Below are positions 31,135 through 39,324 of a DNA stretch of 64,000 nucleotides, in pieces. Both the position numbers and the translations under genes were made by a program. A model generated the notes under the pieces. The model did not search any database and had not been told where the DNA came from. It saw nothing but the letters and a program-made list of their open reading frames with translations. Positions within the stretch are counted from its first letter, which is position 1. Each line of letters opens with the position of its first letter. Origin of the DNA: a bacterium (GTDB lineage Bacteria > J088 > JAWLBW01); the NCBI GenBank assembly GCA_041690355.1, contig JAWLHK010000017.1, positions 1 through 64,000 on the forward strand, read 5' to 3'.

Positions 31135-31200
31135 CCCCCGCCCCTCACTCCTCCGGCTCGTAGGCCAGCCGGTCGATCCCGCTCCCTTCGCAGTAAAAAC
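31135..31200 (-). repeat. Degenerate duplicate of the GH31 gene 3' end
   Basis: Reads FYCEGSGIDRLAYEPEE* versus GH31 FAREGSEIDRLTFEPGE*; shared downstream GGGGCGGGGG. Confidence 0.8.
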
Positions 31201-31309
31201 TGTGGGCGTACGCACGGTTCATCTGGCTTTGGAGGCCCCCGTCGGCTAAGGTGAACTCGGCAACGGAAGGTGCCAGGCGATGAAGCGTTCAGCAGGCAAA
31301 GTCTCAATC

Positions 31310-31837
31310 ATGCAGAAGATAGTTTGCACAGGGCTTCTATTCACGCTTCTGGGCTGCGGAGTCTTTCCCCCGGGGCCGGGGAGTTCGACGCAGAGCCAGA
31401 GCGGCGGCACGCTGACGTTCAGGTATGCCGATGGGGCGGTTACCGAGGTGACGTTCGTGGTCGGGGCCTGGGATCTGGATTCCTCGAGCGCCGGTCTGGT
31501 TGCGAGCACGCATCCCTATCATGACGTGGTCACCGGTTTCACGCTCACCTACGTTGGAGAAATGCCCGATGCTCCCGCTGAGGTCACGAACATTGAAAAG
31601 AAGTATTCCGACATCGATTGGGTCGGTTCCGACATGACCACGACAAGAAACGGCGAGCTGCAGATCCAGCGCGCGAGAGAGGGGGCTTTTGTTCTTGAAC
31701 GGCGGCATCCGCCCCGACTCAGGCTGAAGAACGTCGCTTACCTCGACCTGGCGCTGGACAGTACACCCCAGGCCCTGGCCGTGACCGCGGTCACCGTGAG
31801 CGGGATCCTGGAGTGGGCAGCGGACGATAATCACTGA
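31310..31837 (+). CDS. Hypothetical lipoprotein
   Basis: MQKIVCTGLLFTLLGC lipobox; weaker GC3 bias than neighbours. Confidence 0.6.
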   Translation: MQKIVCTGLLFTLLGCGVFPPGPGSSTQSQSGGTLTFRYADGAVTEVTFVVGAWDLDSSSAGLVASTHPYHDVVTGFTLTYVGEMPDAPAEVTNIEKKYSDIDWVGSDMTTTRNGELQIQRAREGAFVLERRHPPRLRLKNVAYLDLALDSTPQALAVTAVTVSGILEWAADDNH

Positions 31838-31871
31838 GTAGCCGGCCGCTTGCCGAGCCGCCCCCCGCCCC

Positions 31872-33902
31872 TCACTCTCCCGGCTCGAAGGTCAGCCGAT
31901 CAATCTCGCTCCCCTCGCGGGCGAACACGGCGGGTTGGCCCACGGGCGCGTCCCACTCGAGCACGGCCGGTCCCTGCATGGGCTGGCGCATCTGATACAG
32001 CGGCCGCCAGCGCCCCGGTGGAAAACGCACCGTGCGCGACGTTGCCCCCTCGGTGAGTACGGGGGCGACCAGCAGATCGTCACCGAGAAAGAACTGGTCG
32101 TCGACGGAGGCGGCGGCGATCCCTTCTACCAGCAGCGGATGGCGCACCATCGGCCTGCCCGTGGCGAGCGCCTCTGCGGCGAGCGTCACGAGATACGGCT
32201 TGATGCGGGTGCGCATCTTCGAGAAGGCCATGAGAAAGGTCGTCGACGTGGCGTCGCGCTGGAAGCTCCAGTTCTCGTACTTCCGCAACCCGTCATGAAT
32301 GCGCATGATCGGCGAGAAGGTTCCCAGTTCGACCCAGCGCATCCATAGCTCAGGGGTGCTCGGACCGCCGCTGAAGCCCGCGATATCGTGGGTCACGAAC
32401 GGAACGCCCGAGAGCGACAGGCTGACCATCGCCTTCACCGCCGTGGGGATGCCGTCGTGCTTGTCCCAGGTCGCCTCCTGGTCGCCGACCCAGACGATCT
32501 GCGAGGCGGCGCCGTCGCGCAGCCAGCCCGAGCGCGTGAACAGCACGTAGTCGCCCGGCTTCTCGGCATCGAGCACGCGCCGGCTCGCGGCGTGCCAGAG
32601 CGTGGGATAGACGTTGTGCACCTTCGGCGCCGCCCCCGCGTGCACCTTCGCATCCCACGGAAGCCATTCGCCGAAGTCGCTCATCCAGCCGTCGAAGCCG
32701 AGCTCGGTCACCGCCCGCTTCGCATAGGACTCGAACCAGGCGACCGCCCCCGGATGGGTGAGATCGACGAGGCCGGTGTCGAAGGTGCTCATCGTGAACA
32801 CGAGCGGCTCGCCGAGCAGGTCGGTGACGAGCCAGCCGTTCGCGGCCCCTTCCGCAAAAAACTCGTAGGCGGGGGGAATGAAGGGGTTGAAGTAGCCGAG
32901 CAACTTTTTTCCCCGCGCATGCGTTTCGGCGATGAGCCCCTTCAGGTCGGGGTAGAAATCGGCATCCTCCTGCCAGCGGTACTTCACGCCGAAGAATCCG
33001 GTGCCCGAGCCGAACTCGCGCCGCCCCAGCCAGTCCTGCACCCAGACGGCCGAGTAGTCGATGTCGGCGGCGTCGGCCGCGTCGAGCACGGCGCGCACGG
33101 CGTCGGGTCCCCCCTGGGCGGCGAGCCACAGGTCCCATCCCCAGTCGGGCACATTCGACGGGGCGCCGTTCAAAGCGTAAATCTGGGTCACGACGTCCAT
33201 CGGCGTCGGCCCGGGGAGCACGTGCAGCGCGAACGGCTCGGTATCCCAGATTTCCACCGCCCACGTCTGCGGTTCCGCGGCGCAGAGATCGTAGACCTGA
33301 TAGGCGGGGGAATCGGAGACGAACCCCATGCCGCGCGGATCGAGAAAGTACGGCATCGGATAGTAGCTGCTGTAGAGGGAACCCAGCGGCGGAATCGGCG
33401 TCTCGGAGCGCCCCAGGCCGTTCTCTTCGACCCAGAGGGGAACACGGTGTCCCTTGAGCGTGAGAAAGGAGAACTGCTGGCCAAACCCCATGAAGTCTGC
33501 ATGGGGCGCGCAGGCGAACCGCAGGCGCCAGCCGTCGGCGGTGCCGCTCGCGCCGACGTCGAAGCGCAGGCGGCCCTCTTCCACGTGCGGCGTGAGGCGC
33601 AGGGCGCCGCCGATCACGAGCGCGTCGCCGTCCCACGCGACCCCCTCGAGCGCCGTCTCAGAGGTCACCTCCTGATCGAAGGTGAACCGGCCGAAGTTCA
33701 TGCGCGCGCCGCCGTCGAAGCGCAGGCGCTGGGCCGCCACGGGGGCCGATTCGAGCAGCAGGCGTTCCCCATGATGCACCGCGAAGGTCTTCCCGTCGTC
33801 ACCGGTTACGATGCGGAAGTCGCCGATGTTCCGCTCGTTCGCGCTGGAACAGGCGGCGGCGAGGCAGGCGAAGGCAACGAGCAGGACACGCGCGGAATTC
33901 AT
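31872..33902 (-). CDS. GH31 alpha-glycosidase (YihQ/sulfoquinovosidase-like clade), lipoprotein
   Basis: LAAAC lipobox; QGG, WVQDW, GWMSDFGE (nucleophile), WVGDQ (acid/base), QFFLGDDLLVAPV. Confidence 0.88.
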   Translation of the reverse strand: MNSARVLLVAFACLAAACSSANERNIGDFRIVTGDDGKTFAVHHGERLLLESAPVAAQRLRFDGGARMNFGRFTFDQEVTSETALEGVAWDGDALVIGGALRLTPHVEEGRLRFDVGASGTADGWRLRFACAPHADFMGFGQQFSFLTLKGHRVPLWVEENGLGRSETPIPPLGSLYSSYYPMPYFLDPRGMGFVSDSPAYQVYDLCAAEPQTWAVEIWDTEPFALHVLPGPTPMDVVTQIYALNGAPSNVPDWGWDLWLAAQGGPDAVRAVLDAADAADIDYSAVWVQDWLGRREFGSGTGFFGVKYRWQEDADFYPDLKGLIAETHARGKKLLGYFNPFIPPAYEFFAEGAANGWLVTDLLGEPLVFTMSTFDTGLVDLTHPGAVAWFESYAKRAVTELGFDGWMSDFGEWLPWDAKVHAGAAPKVHNVYPTLWHAASRRVLDAEKPGDYVLFTRSGWLRDGAASQIVWVGDQEATWDKHDGIPTAVKAMVSLSLSGVPFVTHDIAGFSGGPSTPELWMRWVELGTFSPIMRIHDGLRKYENWSFQRDATSTTFLMAFSKMRTRIKPYLVTLAAEALATGRPMVRHPLLVEGIAAASVDDQFFLGDDLLVAPVLTEGATSRTVRFPPGRWRPLYQMRQPMQGPAVLEWDAPVGQPAVFAREGSEIDRLTFEPGE

Positions 33903-33975
33903 CGGGGGCTCCGAAGACAGAAACGCCCCGGCTGGGGTGCAACCGGGGCGTCAGGTGGAATGCGGATTGTGCAGC

Positions 33976-35148
33976 TCAGCCCACGATTTCGCGGGCGAGC
34001 TGGAAAAGGTCTCCCTTGAAGGCGAGCGGCGAGCCCGTCTTCTTCAGGCCGGCAGAGGCGCGGCGCCAGTCGGTCACGTGGCGCGCGGTCCACAGAAAGA
34101 CCAGCGCGTCGTGCAGGTCGCTCTGCCCGAGGGCCTTGAAGAAAGCCTCGAGCTGCGACTTGCGTTCGGGCTGCGGCGGCTGGGCGAGAAACGCCTCTTC
34201 GAGCGTCGACTCGATGCCGGCGGGCGTCTCGGGCACTTCCCAGAACTGGAAGAGCGCGTCGACCGCCGCCTGGGTCAGCTCGCCGATGCCGTTGAACAGC
34301 AGGCTCGCATCGCGCAGCACGGCCGGGATGATGTTCGCGTTCAGGCCCGACTCGGCCAGCGCGGCCCAGGCTTCGGCCCAGGCGGGCAGCCCGCGCAGCT
34401 GCTGCGGCACGGGAGCCACATGGCGCCCGCGGCGCTTGCGGGCCCGTCCGGCGCGCTTCTTGCGCTTCTTCGGGGCCTCTTCTTCGGGCTCCGGCGCGTC
34501 GGGCACGGCGGCGTCGACGTCGATGTCGGCGGCGTCGATGTCGATCACCGGCTCATCGAAATGCTCGGCGTCGGCGTCCAGACCGGGCGCGTCTTCGTCC
34601 TTGTCTTTGGCCTTGGCGCGGCGGCCGGGCTTGCCTTTGACGGCAGCCTCGGCTTTCGCGGCCTGACGCACGGTTTTCTTCGTTTCGGCCGGCGCGGCTT
34701 TGGCAGACGTCTTTTCGGCCTTCTTGTCTGCCTTCTTCTCTGCCGTCTTCCCTGCCGTCTTTACAGGCTTCTTCGCGGGCGCGGCCTTTGCGGCAGCCTT
34801 CGGAGCGCTTTTGGCGGGCACCTTGGCCGCGGGCTTCGTGTTCTTCGCCGCCGGCTTCGCAGCCTTGGGAGGAACCTTCTTCGTCGGCGCAGCCTTGGCG
34901 GGCGCCGGTTTTTTCGCGGTGGGCTTCGCGGTCGCCTTGGCAGCCTTGGCCTTGGCGGCCGGCTTGGCGGCGGCCTTCGTCGCTTTCTGCGCTTTCGGCG
35001 CCGGCTTGGGCGCGGCCTTCTTCACGGGCGCCTTCTTTGCGGGGGCAGCCTTGGCAGTGGCCTTGGTCGCTTTGGGCGCCGGCTTCGGCGCGGGCTTGGC
35101 GTTGCGGCTGGGCGCCGCTTTCTTACTGGGTGTTTTGGCTTTGGCCAT
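33976..35148 (-). CDS. Histone H1-like K/A/P-rich protein with acidic linker and C-terminal globular domain
   Basis: About 175 aa of AKPA/KKAAP repeats, D/E-rich stretch, KKRKKRAGRARKRRGR, helical C-terminus. Confidence 0.7.
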   Translation of the reverse strand: MAKAKTPSKKAAPSRNAKPAPKPAPKATKATAKAAPAKKAPVKKAAPKPAPKAQKATKAAAKPAAKAKAAKATAKPTAKKPAPAKAAPTKKVPPKAAKPAAKNTKPAAKVPAKSAPKAAAKAAPAKKPVKTAGKTAEKKADKKAEKTSAKAAPAETKKTVRQAAKAEAAVKGKPGRRAKAKDKDEDAPGLDADAEHFDEPVIDIDAADIDVDAAVPDAPEPEEEAPKKRKKRAGRARKRRGRHVAPVPQQLRGLPAWAEAWAALAESGLNANIIPAVLRDASLLFNGIGELTQAAVDALFQFWEVPETPAGIESTLEEAFLAQPPQPERKSQLEAFFKALGQSDLHDALVFLWTARHVTDWRRASAGLKKTGSPLAFKGDLFQLAREIVG

Positions 35149-35166
35149 TCTCGTAACGCAAACAGG

Positions 35167-35412
35167 TTAACGCGAGCTTGCCGGCGGGCGGTTGAAGCGT
35201 TCGCGGTAGGTAATCAGCCCATGGGAGAGGTCGTACGGAGAAACCGAGACCTTGACCTGATCGCCCATCATGACTTTGATGTTGAATTTCCGCAGCTTGC
35301 CGGAGATTTTCGCTTGGATTACGCGATTCTCGGCCACCTGCACCTTAAAGATGCCGCCGGAAAGTACGTCCACCACATGTCCTTCGAGTTCAATCAAGTC
35401 GTCCCGAGCCAA
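35167..35412 (-). CDS. infA: Translation initiation factor IF-1 (TTG start)
   Basis: IELEGHV...ISGKLRKFNIKVMMGDQVKVSVSPYDLSHGLITYR. Confidence 0.95.
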   Translation of the reverse strand: MARDDLIELEGHVVDVLSGGIFKVQVAENRVIQAKISGKLRKFNIKVMMGDQVKVSVSPYDLSHGLITYRERFNRPPASSR

Positions 35413-35649
35413 GCAGATTACCTCGTGAGCAGATCAGCTAAATCACTGAAAATGTTGGAGTCTACAGGGACCAGGCCCAGCCTGCTCCCCATCCATCCGA
35501 ACATTGTAGCAGAAAGTCTTGCAATTTGCTAATTCTTACGGATAGTTGCGGGCTCGCGAGCCGTCGTGGGCCTGATGTCGCCCCGCGGGCAGACCTTCTC
35601 AGAATGATAAGAGCCTGCAGTCGTTGCGCTGCGACGCGTCACGGCCGCG

Positions 35650-35826
35650 TCAGTGGATCGTCTGCTCGCGATCGCCCACGGCCCGCGGGGCGAGCTCATC
35701 ATAGAGCGCAACCATTGTCGCCAGTGCATCGCGCACCGGACGGAGCGCAGCCCAGAAGCGGCCCCACCGGTCGACAGCGTGCTCGCTCGGAACGGCTTCG
35801 ACGCCGTTTACGCCTTCCTCTGCCAT
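35650..35826 (-). CDS. Small (58 aa) hypothetical protein, absent from the ORF track
   Basis: MAEEGVNGVEAVPSEHAVDRWGRFWAALRPVRDALATMVALYDELAPRAVGDREQTIH; GGGAGG RBS and TATACT -10 upstream. Confidence 0.55.
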   Translation of the reverse strand: MAEEGVNGVEAVPSEHAVDRWGRFWAALRPVRDALATMVALYDELAPRAVGDREQTIH

Positions 35827-35869
35827 GGATCATCCTCCCGCGTCAGTATAGCGGGGCAGCCTGTCGCGG

Positions 35870-37765
35870 CTAGAGCGTCGGCGTTCGCAGGGTAAGCCGC
35901 TGCACGGCCGCGCCCTCGGCTGCAACGGGAATGATGAAGCGGGTCTGCCGGCGAAGACACAGGGCATCCGGGCGATCCTCGCACACGTAGTATTCCGCCA
36001 GAATTTCGATTTCGTCGTCGCCCCGCTGCGGGCGCACCTTCACTTCGGCAGGTGCGGGTCCGGGGGGCAGGCGCCGGGATTCCCCCTCGATCTCGAGGCT
36101 GCGCGGCGCGTCGGGGTTCACCTTGAGCGGCTTCTCGACGTCGAAGTGCACCGTCACGTTCACCGTCCGGCCCGGGCGGATGGGATCGACGCGCACGATC
36201 CGCGGTTCGTCTCCCCACTCTTTTCCCCCGGCCGACGTGGGGGGCGCGAGACCGAGCAGCATGACCGCCTTCGCCTCCTTCTTCGCGGGATCGAAGCGCA
36301 CGATGCGGTGGTTGTTCGTGTCGGCGATGTAGAGAAAGCGCCCCGCGGCAGTGATGCCTCCGGGCTCGGCCAGCTCCGTGAGCGAAGCGCCGGGTTCACC
36401 GTCTCCCAGCACGCTCTGCACGCGGCCCGTCTCCGGGTCGATCCGCTTGATGCGGTGGTTGTAGGTATCCGCAATGTAGAGCTGTCCGCCGAGAACCGTC
36501 ACGCCGAGCGGGTGCTGCAGCAGCGCCTTTTCCCGCGGGCCGTCGACGTCGCCGAACTCGAAGAGCCCTTTGCCGACGATCGTCCGGACCGCAGGCGGAT
36601 TCGCGCTCAGATCCACCTTGCGGACGGCGCTCGCCTCCGCATCTGCGAAGTAGAGCGTCTTGCCGTCGAGCGCGAGCCCCGAGGGCTGGTTCAGCGCACT
36701 GAACTTTCCCGCGCCGTCGAGCAGCGCCTCGCGGCCGCTGCCGACGAGGACCTCTACCGTTCCGGATGCGCGATCCATCGCGAAAATCTGGTGCGTGCCG
36801 GCATTCGCGATGTACAGGCGCTCCAGGTCGACCGCGAGATCCCAGGGGCTGCGCAGGTCACCGCCGGACGCAACCGTGCGCACGGTGCGCCCCTTCAGAT
36901 CCACCTGGCGGATGCGATGATTTCCCGTGTCGGCCACGTAAAGCGTGTCGCCGTCGACGGCCATCCCCTGCGGCTGGCGGAAGGTGGCCGACGCGAAGGG
37001 GCCGTCGGTATCACCCGCCGAACCGCTGCCGATGACCGTCTGCACATTTCGTTCTGTGTCGGCCATGACGATGCGGTGGTGGTTCGTATCCGCGATGAAG
37101 AGCCGGTCGCCCGCCGCGAGCACCTTGCCTGGAAAGGCGAGCGCCGTGGTCTCGCGCTTCGTTTCCAGGGCCAGCGGGAGCGGGGCGCCGCCCAGGGAAC
37201 CCTTCTCGCGGAAGGTCTTCAAGGTCTGCGCGATGCTGCGATCCAGAGCATCGCCCACCCCTTCGCCTTCGGCGCGCCCGATGACATACCCCTCGGGATC
37301 GATGAGCACGAAGGTCGGCCAGGCGCGCACGCCATATTTCTTCCAGATTCCGTAGTCGTCATCCACGACCACCGGATGCTCGATGCCGTAGCGCTGCACG
37401 ATCCGGCGGATGCTCTCGACGTCGCCTTCGGTCTCAAACTTGGCGGAATGCACACCCACGACCGCGAACGGTTCGTCCATGTATTTCTCCTCGAGTTCCT
37501 TAAGGACCGGAATCATGTGGATGCAGTTGATGCAGCCGTAGGTCCAGAAGTCGAGCAGCACGACCTTGCCGCGCAGGTCCGCCAGGGTCAGCGGGCGGCT
37601 CGTGTTGATCCACCCGAGCGAGGGCTCGAGCGGCGGCGCCTTCGGCCGCGAAGCGGAATCGGAAGCGGATTGGGCCACGGCGGCGGATCCGCGCAGGAGC
37701 CATGCGCCGCCGAGACCGAGCCCGAGCGCGGCCACGAGAAGCAGGAGGAGTTGTTTCCGGTGCAT
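35870..37765 (-). CDS. Thioredoxin-like + NHL beta-propeller protein (NHLRC2/SOQ1-like)
   Basis: LDFWTYGCINC, GVHSAKF, AWPT; repeated YIADTNNHRI NHL units; N-terminal signal/TM. Confidence 0.9.
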   Translation of the reverse strand: MHRKQLLLLLVAALGLGLGGAWLLRGSAAVAQSASDSASRPKAPPLEPSLGWINTSRPLTLADLRGKVVLLDFWTYGCINCIHMIPVLKELEEKYMDEPFAVVGVHSAKFETEGDVESIRRIVQRYGIEHPVVVDDDYGIWKKYGVRAWPTFVLIDPEGYVIGRAEGEGVGDALDRSIAQTLKTFREKGSLGGAPLPLALETKRETTALAFPGKVLAAGDRLFIADTNHHRIVMADTERNVQTVIGSGSAGDTDGPFASATFRQPQGMAVDGDTLYVADTGNHRIRQVDLKGRTVRTVASGGDLRSPWDLAVDLERLYIANAGTHQIFAMDRASGTVEVLVGSGREALLDGAGKFSALNQPSGLALDGKTLYFADAEASAVRKVDLSANPPAVRTIVGKGLFEFGDVDGPREKALLQHPLGVTVLGGQLYIADTYNHRIKRIDPETGRVQSVLGDGEPGASLTELAEPGGITAAGRFLYIADTNNHRIVRFDPAKKEAKAVMLLGLAPPTSAGGKEWGDEPRIVRVDPIRPGRTVNVTVHFDVEKPLKVNPDAPRSLEIEGESRRLPPGPAPAEVKVRPQRGDDEIEILAEYYVCEDRPDALCLRRQTRFIIPVAAEGAAVQRLTLRTPTL

Positions 37766-37843
37766 GCCAACAGTCTAGACGATCCGGAAGGAGCCTTGGG
37801 GAGAAAGTGCCCGCCCATGACATCGCGGTTCACGGGCGAAGTC

Positions 37844-37873
37844 TCAGCCGGATGCCTCAAGGTATGCGGCCAT
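37844..37873 (-). pseudogene. Possible truncated PIN (VapC) toxin remnant
   Basis: ATG overlapping the antitoxin 3' end gives MAAYLEASG*, similar to PIN N-termini (xYxDTS/DAS). Confidence 0.35.
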
Positions 37874-38078
37874 TTACGATTTCGTCGATGCTCAAGCTCG
37901 ACTCCGGGTCGCCCGTTTCAACCATGCCGGCATATCGCATCCAAGGCTTGGTTTGCACCAGGATCATCGCTCGAAGAGAGCGTCGCAGAAGCTCGGCAAG
38001 AGAAATCCCCTGGCGCTCAGCTTCTCGTTTTGCCGCCGAGTACTCCTCTTCCGATAGGCTCGAATGGACGCGTGCCAT
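37857..38078 (-). CDS. CopG/ribbon-helix-helix antitoxin-like protein
   Basis: LSEEEYSAAKREAERQGISLAELLRRSL; C-terminal SIDEIV. Confidence 0.7.
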   Translation of the reverse strand: MARVHSSLSEEEYSAAKREAERQGISLAELLRRSLRAMILVQTKPWMRYAGMVETGDPESSLSIDEIVNGRIP

Positions 38079-38106
38079 GGTTCTTTACATCGTAGCGCGG
38101 CTACAG

Positions 38107-39096
38107 TCAGGCGGATCCTTCGATCACGAGTTCTTCGAGTGGCCTGCGGGGCGAGCGCGGCATGGCGCGGGCGTATCCCAGGCGGATGAGGAGGAGCGGC
38201 TCAGTCGCGGCGGGCAGGTCGAGCACTTCCTTGAGTTTCGCGCGCACGGAGGGAACCTCGCAGGGCATGTTCACGTGCGCGTGGCGGATGCCGAGCTTCG
38301 TCGCCGTCAGGACCACCCGCTCGAAGCTGCGGCCGACTTCGATCCAGTGGTCCGGATCCATCCGCTCGGCAGCGAAGACGAACAGCGCGGCGGCCTGGCG
38401 CACCGCGCGCACTTGCCGGCGGGCTTCGGCGTCGGCGCGCACCATCCGGCGCAGGATGAGCCGTCCCGCCCACTCCGGTACCGGCGGCAGCCCGAGCGCC
38501 GCTGCGGGAATGCCGTCGCCGCGTTCCTCTGCAGCGCGGCGGTTGAAACGAACCCAGTCGGCCAGCTCCGTGCGGAAGGCCGCATCCTCGTACTGGATCC
38601 GCACGGCTTCTGTAATGAGAGGGACGATGGCTTCGACCTGCTCCGACCCCGCCAGCGTAATCACCTTCACGCCGGGTTGGCGCGCCGCCGCGCCCAGCCT
38701 TCGAATATCGGCGACGGGAATGCGGCGGCTGTCATAGTGCCGCCGGGTCGACTGGCGCTCGCGGATCGCGGCGTGCAGGTCCTCGGCCGGCGGGCGGATC
38801 GAGCGCTCGAAGGTCATCTTCACATACCGCTCCTGGTCTCCCGCCACGATGCGGACGTCGCTCCGGTATCCGAGATGGCCCGCCTCGGCGACGATGTTTT
38901 CCACGGCGCAGCCAAGGCTGATGTACAGGGCGTGTTCGTCCGGATCGACGGTGGGCAGGCGCCGCTCGCGGTCGGGGAGCACCCGCAGCGCATCCGGTTC
39001 GACGGAGAACTTCCACGGTTGCGTGTTGTGGCTCGAGGGCGCGAGGCGCGCGGCCTCGAGCAGCTGCTGCATGTCGCGGGTGGACAATCGCGCCAA
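38107..39096 (-). CDS. Acg-family FMN-binding nitroreductase-like protein
   Basis: LAPSSHNTQPW, VDPD..LYISLGCAVEN, RQSTR, GRSFER, RLGY..RSPRRP; TTG start after GAGGAGG. Confidence 0.85.
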   Translation of the reverse strand: MARLSTRDMQQLLEAARLAPSSHNTQPWKFSVEPDALRVLPDRERRLPTVDPDEHALYISLGCAVENIVAEAGHLGYRSDVRIVAGDQERYVKMTFERSIRPPAEDLHAAIRERQSTRRHYDSRRIPVADIRRLGAAARQPGVKVITLAGSEQVEAIVPLITEAVRIQYEDAAFRTELADWVRFNRRAAEERGDGIPAAALGLPPVPEWAGRLILRRMVRADAEARRQVRAVRQAAALFVFAAERMDPDHWIEVGRSFERVVLTATKLGIRHAHVNMPCEVPSVRAKLKEVLDLPAATEPLLLIRLGYARAMPRSPRRPLEELVIEGSA

Positions 39097-39324
39097 CGCG
39101 GCCTCCTCTGATCGTAGATGGCTGATGTCTGCAGCATAGCCCCGCGACGCCGGATTCTGGGGGGGCGCGCGCCCGCCTGCCGGGCCTAAGGTGAGCGAAG
39201 AAGCTTCGTCGTCGAGCCCCCGCAGACGGATGCCCCTCCTGCTCGACAACGGCGGCCCCGGCCGGTAGCCTGAACCGTTACACCCGGCTTGATGGCCGGA
39301 ATCCCTTTCGTCTGGAGGATGTTC

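Noticed and set aside
35653-35895. 80-aa plus-strand ORF
   Set aside because: The opposite-strand 58-aa ORF has the RBS and -10; this one has neither
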